From the human T2T-CHM13v2.0 reference genome, Homo sapiens: DNA of 64,000 bases. The stretch lies in the NCBI RefSeq assembly GCF_009914755.1, contig NC_060926.1. One strand, given 5' to 3'. The notes below the pieces were generated by a model. The model ran no database searches and was not told where the DNA came from. It worked only from the letters and a program-made list of their open reading frames with translations. Below, one piece after another: positions 28,979 to 43,100 of this stretch (positions within the stretch are counted from its first letter, which is position 1; each line of letters starts with the position of its first letter). The position numbers were made by a program, and so were the translations under genes.

Positions 28979-31014
28979 TAAGCCACCACACCTGGCCCCC
29001 ATTTTTTTTTAAAGCCCTTTTTAACCTTCTGACACTACACTACAAGATGCTCCTGGTTCATCTTGTATATTTCCTGCTCCAGCCCTAGAATCAGCCATTT
29101 TTCCATGGAGCCCTGGCTCTTTTCGTTAGAGAATGGTATTTAAAAACTATGACTGAGTGCTAGGTGTGCTTGTTGTCCATTTACTTTTCACTCTCTTATT
29201 CCTTCATCTGTTCCTTCTCTACAGATTGTTTCTCCTCTGCTGCTGAGCTTAGCTGCTTGAGCATTCAAATATGCCCAAGTGCTTCTCCCATTAATTCTTC
29301 ATCCATGTCCACACCTGGGCTGCATTCTGAAGGGAATATGTCTCTTTTTGGGCCCCTAGGCTAAGCTCATATAACAGCAGGTTGAGGGACTACTTGGTCT
29401 CCTTCCATGTAAACTGACATGCTAAGCTAAGCCCTCTAGATCTTACTACTCAAATATAAGAAAAGAGGAACTCAAGGAAAAATACATAAGAGGAGAGGGG
29501 GAAAGAACTTTGACTTAAATCTAGAGAAGCAGATCTAAACCATCTGCTCATGGCTTTCCCCTGGGGTCTCACCCTGGTTCCTCCTACTTGGGTGTTAAGG
29601 GGTGATATAAGGGCACCTCCTTGGTCTACTGCCAACCAGCCTCAGGGGCAAAAGTGAGACACAAAGTGAATGCAGAGTCCACCTGTGGGAGCTTGTGTTT
29701 GCTACTCCTGTGTTCCCTACATGGAAGGCAGGGCACACCTTAGCAGAAGGCTCAGGGACAGTCTGAAAAGGGCTTCCCCCAGAGCAACTGCGGAGGCACA
29801 CATAAAAAAGACTATGCTTTTGCTTAATGTTAACTTGAAATAGGAAAAACATAAGAACTTCACATGGTAGAATTCGGTGGGGTGTATATTTAGGTCTTAA
29901 ATTTTCAGAAGTAGGCAACTTTGGCTTCATTCATGCATATAATACCAGAACTCTTTGGATTCCTGGGTCTTCTTCAAATGTCACCTCTGCAAACTCAGCA
30001 GAGGTGTAACCAGTTCTCCCTGAATCATAACAAAGTCAAGCTCATTAAAGTTCAGGCAAATAGCACTCTGTGTTATTTTCTGAAATTTGGAGAGGAAATA
30101 GGCAGGCAGATTCTCCTTCACAGTATGAATTTTAAAAATAATTCTTAGGTATATTTTTTCCTAAGACTTCTCTCTTTATGTTAATGCTGGTCTCTCTTCA
30201 GGAATATAAAAGTATACTACTAGGCTTCACACTAAGTGAAAGATACCTATGGATCCCTTCAATCCTAGAGAGATCTGATTTAAGAAATTGCACAAAGCAT
30301 AAATCACTTAATTAGGTCCATTTTAATAAAGGGTATAGGAGTTTACAACTCAAAACAATTCATAAAACCTATCAGATACATACGATAAATCACACCGAGA
30401 GTGCAATAACATAAATCCAATGGTCTGCAAATAAGAGGTATTGCAAAAATTGTTAAGATTGACTTTCATGTTTCCCCCCCTCCTTTCTCTTGTTCACAGC
30501 CCGAGATTATGTGTACATTGTTTTCTGAGGCCTGATGACCTCAATACTCCTTCTGGCTGGAGAGACCTCCTCATTCAGTCCATTCCAAATAGTCAGCAGA
30601 GGGAGTTCACCTCTTCTCCACGGAATGAGCGTGGTCCTTGTCCTTTATTATTTGGTTTCTATCTCCTAACAAATGACATTAAATGTTCCCTCATTCAAAA
30701 CATCTTGTGGGCCTTGTGGTGTTCTGGTCACTGCTACCCTCTCAATGCCACACATGAGCCCTCAGGGTGAGCCCTACAGAGTTTCATCCTTGTGGATAAG
30801 AAGATGTGTACTTGGGAACAAGGCTAAAGCCATGGCTGATTTCCCCAACCTTTTATCGCGAAGAACTCCAGTTGTAACTTTTGAGAGTTTTTTTGGCAAA
30901 AGGAACTACATTTACTCATGCCAAATACCTATGGTCACTTCTCAGTACTCTTTGGATACCTTTATTAGGAGAGCTTGAATTAACACCATGGAAGAAAGCA
31001 TGAAGATGAATGAG

Positions 31015-31039
31015 CACACACACACACACACACACACAC
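31015..31039. repeat. (CA)n microsatellite
   Basis: Direct reading. Confidence 0.95.
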
Positions 31040-33351
31040 CCCATTCACACTCAAATAGGAATCTCTGGTAGACTCAAAGAGTACAGCTGATTTGCCATTT
31101 CAGAGTGAAAAGGCTGCACTGTCTCACCCTGCCCCCAAAGTCTAACCTATCCTATTTTAACTGGTATTGGTAAAAACTATTTTTGCAATTCCTTGCCGAA
31201 AGGAATCAAACGGATCCCTTTAACATGTACATATAGTTCCATTATAATGCAATGCAGGTAACACTAACTTGATTTCAAGAACATTGTCAAAACTGGGGTA
31301 CACATCCTTCTATTAGAAATGGCTGGGGGACAGCTGAGAATAAATTTATGGAATTACAAATTATGGGAATACTGGACTAAGTCAAGAATGGTTACCATGT
31401 AGCCATTTTTACCAGCTATTCTAGAGTCCCTTCACACATAAACTTGACCCTGCATTCCGGGAAAGGTACCTCTGGGTTGTCACTACAGAGTAAGGCTGGG
31501 GTCCTGCCAACCTTCCTTCATCCTTTCTTCTAGTTCATAATAGGGAAGGTGAGCCATTTCATTCATTCATGTTTTGTTTGTTTTGTTTTTTTGAGACAGG
31601 GTCTGGCTCTATTGCCTGGGCTGGAGTGCAGTGACACGATCTTGGCTTAGTGCAACCTCTGCCTCCCGTGCTCAAGCCATCCTCCCACCTAAGCCTCCCA
31701 AGTAGCTGGGACTACAGGTGTGCACCACCATGCCTGGCTAATTTTTGTATTTTTTGTAGAGACAAGGTTTTGCCATGTTGCCCAGGTTGGTCTTGAACTC
31801 ATGAGCTCAAGCGATCGGCCCAACACAGCCTCCCAGAGTGCTGGGATTCCAAGTGTGAGCCACCACACCCCGCCCATTTCATTCTTATTTGGTGAGATTG
31901 TCACAGACTTGGCTGAAACTTAACAAGAAACTGTTTACAGCAACAAAGGAAGCAATTAAAGTTAACATGATCATTCAACTGTGCCATTCATCATGCACTT
32001 ATTGACATGCTCAAAATAGGGGAATGTTAAGTAAGGAAATGAAGTGGGAACAGGAACAAGGGAGCTAAGCCAAGAGGACTTCCAGGGACTTGAACAAAAA
32101 CAATTCCCAACCACATACTACTTTTCAAGCATTTTGAAACTCTTCTTTTCCTTTAGTGATGTTTTCAGTAACAAACTTGCAAGTGTTCTTGGTGGTTAAA
32201 AAACAAAACAAAACTACAAGTATCAGCTGAGAAAGACAAAGAAAAAACTAAGAATTTAAATTAGATAATTCCATTTAAAGTTTCCAATTCCTCGTTTAGG
32301 TGGAGTTGGAACATTAGAACTCAGGGGTGGTTTGGATATTAACAAGGTACTCCTGCCTCCTCAGAAGCTACAGTCTTTTCTGCAGCTCTCTTATGTACCT
32401 CTTATCAAAATAATTTCAGTCCCACATTTCTCGGATAAAACCACATCTGTGGTTTTATCCAGCAACCATTTCACAGTCGACTGGCACGTGTTCTCCAATT
32501 TCAGTTCCAAACACACAACACAGAATCACACTTTTCTTTATTAAAGGGACCCAAGTGATTTTTAAGCTGTATTCTTCCTGCTAGAGAATGAATTGAGTAG
32601 CATCCTTCTCTAATTTCCTACAATAAAATTTCCTATGTGATATACTGCATATATATTATATCTGATATATGTTTTGATTATTTTTCTTTATGGAAGCAAA
32701 TACAGAATTTCCTTGTCAGATCACTCTGATGATTATAATCTGCTACTTTGATTATGCATCAGTGAAATGTCCACCAAGCAGTTGAAAACACTGATGTACA
32801 TGTATTCTAAAACTTACTAAATAATGGGCCAGTAAGATACCAGTATCTTTCTAGAACGTTTAGAAAGAGATCTTAGTTGCCAGAGAAAACTCAGATACAA
32901 CATGGGCCTGTAAACACATACACTCTAGTCTACAAATATGAGACTTTTCAACTCAACAATAAGTGGGCCGAAAACAATATAGGGCGTATGACCTAGACTC
33001 CCTGGGTGCTGCTCAGCAGCTGCTTCAGCATCAAATTGTGTTCATCCCATTTTCTAATCTAACCAAGCACTTGGAACTAAAGGGCTGTATGTGAGCCCAA
33101 GAAACTGATATATTAAATATTTTTCACCACATATGACATCTTTCATTCAGTACTGCCTGTTAGTCAATTACTGTGGATTCTTTCAGGGTTCATCAATGCA
33201 TGTGTGGCTCGATGGTTTAGGAATAAATATATTCTGGCTCAATGCTTTCCACTGAAATGAAAGGTCACAACTTCTATGTTCCCTATCAAATGTGTAAAGC
33301 AAAAACACAACAAACGAAAACAAGAAAGTAGAGTTGTTTGTTGATTATATA

Positions 33352-33697
33352 CAGTCATGTGCTGCATAAAAACGATTCCATCAATGATGGACCACATATA
33401 CCATGATGGTCCCATAAGATTATACCATATTTTTACTGTACCTTTTCTATGTCTAAAATGTTTGGATACAGAAATACTTACCATTGTGTTACAACTGCCT
33501 ACAGTATTCAGTACAGTAACATGCTGTACAGGTTTGTAGCCCAGGAGCAACAGGCTGGACCATATAGCCTAGGTAGGTAGTAGGCCGTGCCATCTAGGTT
33601 TGTGTTAAGTACACTCTGTGATGTTCACACAATGACAAAATCACCTAAGGATGCATTTCTCTGAATGTCTCCCTCATCATTAAGTGGGGCATGACTG
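33352..33697. mobile_element. Tigger3a/MER7-like non-autonomous DNA transposon
   Basis: 346 bp with terminal inverted repeats CAGTCATG...CATGACTG and TA target duplication on both sides. Confidence 0.85.
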
Positions 33698-33924
33698 TAT
33701 TTTTTTTTCTCTTTAAGGAAATAAGACCCTACTGTAATACAAGTCGGCAGAATCTAACTGTTACTAATAATTAATGTAATCCACAAGTCAAAGTTTTTTC
33801 ATGCATCACCAAAAAAAAAAAAAAAAGTAATTTGCATGTGTTTGCATCCGTTTCTGTATTCAAAGAAGGTATGTAGAGTCTCCACCCATCATGTCTCCAG
33901 TGACAATTTTTTTTTTTTTTTTGA

Positions 33925-34239
<315 letters not shown>

Positions 34240-34434
34240 TGACGAAGTATTCAACTATGTAGTAAAATCACCATGATTTTATCCTGATTTGCACCTTGAG
34301 AATTAAAATAGTCACTTGATTAGAAGGGAATTATCAAATAACCAAAGGAAAAACATTTTGCTGGGCTGTTACAGAGATAATCCTGAATATTTGGAAAGGG
34401 GAATTAGAATGATCTCTTACTTTAAGAATTTCTG

Positions 34435-34700
34435 AACCAAACACCGCATGTTCTCACTCATAGGTGGGAATTGAACAAAGAGAACACATGGACACAGGAA
34501 GGGGAACATCACACTCTGGGGACTGTTGTGGGGTGGGGGGAGGGGGGCGGGATAGCATTAGGAGATATACCTAATGCTAAATGACGAGTTAGTGGGTGCA
34601 GCACACCAGCATGGCACATGTATACATATGTAACTAACCTGCACATTGTGCACATGTACCCTAAAACTTAAAGTATAATAATAATTTTAAAAAAAAAAAA
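34435..34700 (+). mobile_element. 5'-truncated L1PA (PA2-4-like) 3' end, antisense in the AAK1 3' UTR
   Basis: AAACACCGCATGTTCTCACTCATAGGTGGGAATTGAAC...G-rich tract...poly(A); flanked by AAGAATTTCTG. Confidence 0.92.
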
Positions 34701-34788
34701 GAATTTCTGGGCCAGGTGCGGTGGCTCACGCCTGTAATCCTAGCACTTTGGGAAGCCAAGGTGGGTGGATCACAAGGTCAAGAGTTCA

Positions 34789-35133
<345 letters not shown>

Positions 35134-35813
35134 TCATTCAACTAGAAAGACAATTTTGCATCCACTAATACATAAAAATCAGAAAGGAGAATTGGGAAAA
35201 AGCATATTCTTAGAATAACATTTAGCATCCACCAAAGTGAAGGACATAGGTTTCTGGCACAGTTGAAACCTTAGTTGGAAAACCAAACCTTGGCACAGTG
35301 CCAATTATTTATCTTTTGATCAGGACATTTGAAATAGGCAGAGACCACCAAAAAAGGACAAAGTGTTGAAAAGTAGCTGCTCATTTTTTACTGCCAATAT
35401 TCCTGAACTTTAAAGAATATCACACCTAATCAACCGCAATAGAATTGGGCATTCAGACTTGATTCTTAGATGAATTTCCAATAATTTTTAAATCATTGAT
35501 CTGGCTTGGTAAATAGCTCTCCAAACTTCTACAGCTAATGGAAAAATCACTTAACCTTTACTAGAAGTAACAGAAAGCATTAAAGTTGAAACCTAATGCA
35601 GCAGTTCTTTCCAGTGAGTTGAACTGCCTTAGCAGAAATCTTCCCATTGAGATACAGGCTTTATTTTTATTATTATATTTTTGGAGACAGTGTCTCACTC
35701 TGTCACCCAGGCTGGACTCACAACTCACTGCAGCCTCAAACTCCTGGGCTCAAGTGATCCTTCCAGCTCAGCCTCCTGAGTAGCTACAGGCATATGTCAC
35801 CATACCCAGCTAA

Positions 35814-36001
<188 letters not shown>

Positions 36002-36503
36002 TAGTAGAGATGGGGTTTCACCATGTTGGCCAGGCTGGTCTCAAACTCCTGACCTTGTGATCTGCCCACCTTGGCCTCCCAAAGTGCTGGGATTACAGGT
36101 GTGAGCCACCATGCCCAGCCTATTTTTTTATTTATTTTTTGAAGGGACAGGGTCTCGCTGTGTTGCCAGAGTTGGTCTTGAACTTCCTGGGCTCAACTGA
36201 TCCTCCTGCCTCAGCCTTCCAAAATGCTGGTATTACAGGTGTGTGGCACTGCACCTGGCCAGCTTTATTTTAAGGCACTAATAATAAAGGGTATGAAAAA
36301 AGCTAGGAATAAGTCAGATCTTTCCAGAAATAAAAGACAATTTTAAAAAACATCAGTTAACCTGTCTGGCCTATTTCAACATCTAAAGAGGATAGAGAAT
36401 GTAAAAGTTTTCATGCCTACCTGATTCAGCTCTTTTCCATTCTCCCAAACACTTATTTCCATGTCTCAGATTTACATTTCCTCAAAAGGCAGTAGAGATT
36501 TGG

Positions 36504-36504
<1 letters not shown>

Positions 36505-36535
<31 letters not shown>
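36505..36535. repeat. (AAC)n microsatellite, ~10 units
   Basis: Direct reading. Confidence 0.95.
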
Positions 36536-36536
<1 letters not shown>

Positions 36537-37734
36537 AACCACCCCAAAACAAGCAAGCCTAGTTTGTAGCCTAGTCTCATGATTAATGAATTCCCTAATG
36601 CTGGCATTTAGCCCACATACTGAGAGGCCGGAACTGTAACAAGGTGCTCTTTTCTAGTGTTGTAAGGGGAAAATGTATAAGGAAAATTAATTTTTCATAA
36701 TCAGGTAAATATAATTTGTTAATAGCAAAACAAGAAATTCCGGAGAGAAAAAAGATTTACTCTGAAACACCAGTTCCAGAAGGATTTCCCTACACCTTCC
36801 AACGTATTCTACTTTGCCATGAGAAAAAAACTAAATAAATAAAATGGGGTTCAAGTCAGTTAGGCGAGCAAACACCAAAAAACGAGTGATTTCATTGTGG
36901 AGGTAGGCATGATGGGGCAGGATTTCCCTCAAGTGGAAATGCTTCCTGTGCACACACACGTATACATGCACACACAAACCTGTACACTCACACTAATTTC
37001 AAAAGCATGGATGTGGGGAAAGCCCTGCCAGCATGACTAGACATGAGGAGTTAGCCCATCTGCCTGTATCTCTACACAGGCTCTGACGTACATTCCACAC
37101 CCATAGACAGTCATGCACGAGAGCCAGCCTGGCTTGCACACAGACTGAGAATCAGATCTGGAGACTCCTAGAGCTGCTGCTTCTACAGGAATTATTAGTA
37201 ACTGCAGGATTATACTTCCTGTTGATGTGCAGGGTTTTTATCTTGCTCTTCTTTCCAGACATCTCCCCTTTTCAAGAGTACTAAATCTTGATTTAGTGGA
37301 GGGACTAATCTTGATTCTTCGATGGGCATGACTTAGAACAGGAGCTACAGGAATTAAAACTAGCAACAATAGGGCCCCTTTGGGATTGGGGTGAAGAAGT
37401 ATTTCAGGATTTAAACAGTTTCTGTGGGTGGGGCGGGGGGAAAGCAGAGTTCTTGGTGGAAGTGGATGACCTCTGTGAAGGAGATGAAAATGCCTCCAAG
37501 TCCAGAAATCAATATAAACAAACAAACAAACAAACAAAAATGAACATAACTTAAAGGGGCTTCAACTAAATATCACTGCAACTGAGTTTGTTGACTCAAG
37601 AAATTCTGCTCTGACGCAGGGAATTGAAATATAAGAACTGATAATATTTCTTCTTCAGAAGGCTAAGCTGGGAGTGCCATGGCGGGTATTGAGGGTGGGA
37701 TAGAGACAAGAGGCTTGAGGCTCAGGTTTTGCTC

Positions 37735-38861
37735 CTAGGGTTTCTTGCCTGATTTTGAAGGGAAGGGTGCTAGAGCAAATGGATCAGCAGCTGGCAGCTC
37801 CGTAGTCCTGGAGGAAAGGGATGTGATAGAAACAGACCCAGCTATCGACTGCTTGTTGGTTTGTGAAACAATTTTGTAGGCAGCAATGGGCTGGGCTTCT
37901 GGACTTGGCTCGTCTTCTGGGCTATAGTGACGGGAATACTTGGATAAGGACTGGGGGCGGAATGGTTTGCCAGCCATGGGGCCTGAGACAGCTTCTTTCT
38001 GGAGCTGAGGTCCTTTGTTTCTGTCATTAGAATGACCCCCAGATTCCAGGCAGGATCCCCTGGGAGAGATGCTGTCCAGATGGTCTGCTGCTTGTACAGA
38101 ATGGGACAGGAGGTTAGACTGTTGCACAAAACCAGCTGTGGAATACTGAGCTTGGACAGAGGTGTACACAGCTCTCTCACGGCTCGCGGGCAGGGGGACA
38201 TCACCTGTCTGACTGAGGAGACCGGTCTGTGCAGGCAGCTCCTGGGAGGTGCATTGGATAACTGTTAACTCCTCCATGCTTTTCTTCTTAGTGAAAGGAG
38301 CTCTCAAAAACACGTCTGACTCCTCTGGCTGGGAAGGAGCCATACTGCTCTTGGAGACAAATGGGGCTTTGGAGAAAATGTCCATGTCATCATTTGGAAC
38401 CCTTGAGCTCCTGAAGGGAGCTATGGCAAAAACATCTGGCTCACTGAGCCCATCAGTGGCTGGCTGTGTGAAGGCTTGAAACTGGTTCTTTCTTCCACCT
38501 TGCACTGTCTTTGCTTGCTCAGGAGAGACTTCTGGTGGAGCGAATGGAACGGCTCCTCCCAGCTTCCCCGGGGGGGGTCTGCAGCTCTCATCTTCTTCTT
38601 CAGACTCCATAAGGAGAGGCCGAGACCCACTGCAGTCCAGCATGTCTCCTTCAAGGTCAGTCCCTTCCTCTTCGCTGCTGTGGAATGAGCTGTTGCTTGA
38701 AGGGCCATCTCTGGCCAAGTAGTCAGATTCTAAGTTGTTCTGAGTCTTTGTGCCAGGTACTCTGGAGGGGTCTGGATACAGCGGAAGGCCTTTAACACCC
38801 AGTGATTCTTTAAAGTGCTCTACAGTTATTACAGGACAGGGATTGGACTCCCTCTGGAGAT
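37735..38861 (-). CDS. AAK1: Alternative distal terminal coding exon of AAK1 (375 aa, BMP2K-like C-terminal tail) inside the canonical 3' UTR
   Basis: ORF-track 37735..38718 extends upstream with no stop to acceptor CATTAATTCTGCATTTTATGCTTTTCTAG|AT at 38862/38861. 1127 nt = 2 + 375 codons including TAG. Phase 1 matches all upstream AAK1 donors. Non-repeat sequence with BMP2K-like motifs. Confidence 0.85.
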
Positions 38862-40069
38862 CTAGAAAAGCATAAAATGCAGAATTAATGTGTAGGTCAA
38901 TTCAACTCTATTTGGAACATTTAATGGTCAACCCGCGGCAAAAACATTGTGGGACCAAATAATAGATGTTGAAAATGCAACAGGAAAAACATAAAAATAA
39001 AAGTCAGGCAAGGAAACTGCACACAAACTGGAACACAATCAACCACTGTCTCACGTTTTGGAACATGATAGGCACGACGTACAGGAAAGGAGATGAAGAT
39101 GTTAGGCACACAGACATTCAGCGTAACTATGCAATGCTCCTACACACAGGGCCAGGCACGGACACCTGCTCTACCTGGCACTGGCTCATTATGGAATGAA
39201 AACAAACCCAGTCATTCATCTCCACATATACCATGACAGTTTTGGATTATGTAGAAACACTGTCTGGGGATGACTCAATTCAGAATCTGGCATGTGGTCA
39301 TCCGCGCCACATGCAGAGGGACAAACTCTCTGAAAAGAAGCAGAATGTGGCTGCTTGATAAATGCAAGTTTACTTGATGACTTACATCACAAGCACTACT
39401 CAAAGAGCATACGAGTGCCCAAAATATAAATACTGAAGGTACCTTCTGAGGGGAGCATACAGCATCAAAATCAGACCAAATAAATCACCTTCAGCTGGAG
39501 TTGCCCCAGAATTTTGTTTTCAGTCTTCTAAGTTCATAAAGATCTCCTCTGCTTAAATGAATCTGCCATAAAGTTCTTTAAGCAGAAGGAGTAAAATGCA
39601 TGGGCCATTACAGAAGCATTAGCAAACTCCAATATACTAGTCTATTTCTATCTAGGTAGAGGTGCCTCAGGGTGCTCTGGCTTTTAAAATCAAATAGACA
39701 ATTATCAGAATGCAAGAGAGCTTACCTTCCAAGAAATATTAGCAGGTTAGAAGTATGTCATTGGGCACATGTTAGCAAGAGGGCAGGAAAAAGGCATATG
39801 TAACTAAGCAAGAAGAATCCAGAGAAAGGGTGGTTGGGGGTAAAGGTATCATTTCATCATGGGCTCAGTAAAGAGATACTACTGGAGTTTCCCAACCCAC
39901 CAGGATAAGAATATTAGATACAATGATTTGGAGCCATAGATGACCCAGAACCTCTGTAGAGATGGAACTCAATGATCCCCTTCCCATACTGACCCTCTCC
40001 CCTCCTATGCAAACCATTAGCTAGCAGAAATTTCTGCCAAAAATTATCCCCTGCTAAAGTTTCTGCATG

Positions 40070-40150
40070 AATTAAGCACACAGACCACAGCAGAAGAGGC
40101 ATTAAAATCAGTTTATTGGGAAACCAGTCACTTAGAGACATTACATTGTA
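40070..40150 (-). terminator. Candidate AAK1 polyadenylation site
   Basis: Minus strand has upstream TGTA, AATAAA (40117-40112), then a GT-rich downstream element CTGCTGTGGTCTGTGTGCTT. Confidence 0.6.
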
Positions 40151-43100
40151 AAGAGAATGTAGAGAGAGGTCTGAACATTTTATAAGATACTGTACAAAAA
40201 TACTATGTTTCTCTGAATCCTATAACTTTTTAGCAGTGCTTCTTTTTAAACAGTTCTGACCTTAAATATTGTTTTCAGAAACAGAACAAAAATGTGTTTG
40301 TCCTCCATTTTTATTTTCCTTTCTAACAGTTTGAATGCGTTCAGTGAATTCCAGATTGGGGCGTTAAGTTAAATTCTGTACTGGTGCCAAATGGCTTTCA
40401 GAATAGTATTTGAAGAATAAGATTTTGAAAAGAATAAATTTTTCCTTGTATTATAATTTTAGTATGTGCAGCTACATGGTGATACGAAAGCATCAGTCAG
40501 TGGACAGGAAATAAACAGAATACCTTCTTCCTTGCGATTTATGTGGACAGACATAATCCTAATTTCTCAGGCAAGTAAATTGATATTAGATTTGTCTCAG
40601 TGATACCAAGATGATAATTTCTGGGAGGAAATTCAAATAAAAGGGAGAAAAATAAGTTTTCCAAAATAAGGTTTGCAGAGCCTTAAAGAAGGACAAGAGG
40701 GCCCTAAAACTCCTTGAACCACCTTCCTCACATAGTATCAGTTGGACAAAGTTTTCAGTTGCCAAAACAAAAGCACAATTTCTCATCTTCCAAAACTACC
40801 TTGAAAGTTGATGTTATTAAGCTTGTTCTGCAGGAGAGCAAAATATCTCTTAGGGAAAAAAAATGGAAAACTTAGTCAAGCCAGTGACCAACTCTGGCAT
40901 CATACAGGTCAATAATCCAATGAACACTAGTTTGAACAGAGTCAGTGTTTTTTGGAAATTTAAACTGAATTCAGTTAAAACAATTTGTGCACAGAGACTG
41001 GCAAAAAAGCAGCTATCTATTGAACCAGGGGCACTTTGGATGCCTGAAGTGCTAGATTACATTTTGAGAACTAGGAAGTACCAAGGGGTGTGTGTATGTG
41101 CCCATATTCAGGGTTGGAGAGGATGGAAGAACATGTCTAACCCATCAAAATTATTTGTTAAAAAGTGGGTTTTTGGTCGAGAACCCATTTGGAAAACCTT
41201 CCAACTCAGAGCATATTCTATGACCTTCATGATGAGTACTGGGAAAATCAGACTTAAAATTCCAACAACTTTGAATAATTTACAAAAACAGTCACAAAAA
41301 CACCAGAATATCAAGTTTGAAGGGAAAATTAGTCTCCTGTCCTTCAAAACAAGGACAAGAGCTATTTCCTATCTTTCTTTCAGCATCAACAGGCTTTGTA
41401 GGAATGGAAAAGTACATTTAAAGGGTTGTCCTGAGAAGGCCAAGTCCCTTAACCTTTCTATTCTTGTTAGAGGAGGTACAGTGTGGCTGAGGCGGAGAGC
41501 AACCACACTTTGCAACTCTCCAGGCCTGGCACTCTGAAGGGCAAAGAAATGCCAGAGAATATGGGGGAAGCCCAGACCTCCACATTCCCTTAAGGAATTC
41601 TGGTGGTGGCAGCACCAGAAACAAGGTAGTCGAGAGAAGGATAAATTCCAAATATACTAGAAACAGAAGGTAACCATTAAATCTTGTTGGCAGATAAAAG
41701 TCTTTTTTTGAGTATGTGAATGTGTTCTTACAGGGAAAATGTGTTTTCAGGGTGAACAGTTCCTTTATATGAAGGTAGCATTGTGTCAACAAGAAAACGT
41801 GTTTGAAGCAGTCTCTTTACTAGCATTGAAGGATTTATACTAACCTAACCACATGCCTTGACCCAGTTCCTTTGGTAACCAATGGCACGTCATAGCAGAT
41901 ACCCTGTGGCCATAGAGCTCAGTAAACACTGCCTGTTGTACCTCAGGGGCTAAAGCCCAGGGCCTGGCTTCATAGTCTGCACAGGGTCTTACTTATCATA
42001 GAGCCTAACGTAGGGTTTTGTTATAATTCCCTCAAACTGGATCATGCCTCTTTTTATTTTGGTTTCACACATAAAATTAAGCAAGAAGTCAAAACATACT
42101 TCTTTTTCTTGCTCTGATGTAGGACTGTGTGCCAGGTTAGGCACGTTGACACTTTCAATATGGGTAACTCCATATTAGTCTATTTTGAGGCTCCAAATTA
42201 TGTAGATTTCAGCAAGAACTCACATGCTTCAGGGAAGAGAAGGAGTTCCTAAAATACCTGACAACTTGGCAACTATCCTCACCAGCTCCCTATTCACTTC
42301 CAAAGCAACCCAAAGTGCTGAATCATTTAGGATGGGTTTCCCCTGGAAACTCCATCTGATTGACATAGTGAGGGCCATCAGAATGCTCCCTACAGAATTA
42401 AAATCTGAAGACTTAAATGTCAGGCTGGATATTCCTTAATGAAATACATCACACAACACCAGAAGTTTACTTTTCCTCATACCAAAAACTGAAAGAACGG
42501 TTACAGGGAGTATCAAAGATATGATTCTTGCCAAAAACAGAAAACGAAGACTTGGAGCATTGAGAAGAAGCCTTCTCACATATAGTTAGTAAACAGAAAG
42601 CAAAATATCCCTTCACAAGAACTTGGAAATGCAGCAGCAATTGAAACGTAAAATTTTAGAACCAAACTGGGGAAATCAAGAGACGTACATCAAACTAATA
42701 ATTACCATGACCTTCTAGCTCACATAACAAAATTAAGCATTTGGTTCCACCATATATTAGGTAGCTGCATTAAAACCCACGACTGGGAAATGAGGGACCT
42801 CATGGAAGCCAAAAATGGCCAGCTGTGCCTCTCAGGCCAATGAGGCAATTAAATGAGTGAGTTTTCTCACTGGGGATAAAATTATTCTTGCCAACACAAA
42901 ATGTTTAATTAAGTTGGCCTGGGTATATTAGGGATTAAGTTAGAGGAGGGAAGCTGCAAACCTGCGCTCCATTTTACAACCCTGAGTCTGGTCATATCCA
43001 GTGTAGGCTGGCAGGCGTCTTATTCTCCTTGAGACTAAAACAGGGGTTTTACTCTCTCAGGTAGCCATGATTCATTAATATGTCCTCAGTGTGTAGCTAT

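Noticed and set aside
37738-37755. C-terminal KSGKKP as a COPI dilysine retrieval signal
   Set aside because: Lysines are at -2, -3 and -6 rather than -3/-4 or -3/-5, and there is no transmembrane segment.
37735-38718. Independent single-exon gene or processed BMP2K pseudogene
   Set aside because: No ATG at the ORF start, no promoter, poly(A) tail or TSD. The frame runs exactly to a phase-compatible acceptor, so an AAK1 exon is the simpler explanation. Internal initiation at MLDCSG from a UTR fragment cannot be excluded.
40863-41537. 224-aa plus-strand ORF antisense to the AAK1 UTR
   Set aside because: No recognisable domain, promoter or splice structure; composition looks like translated AT-rich UTR. 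Probably chance, although conservation was not checked.
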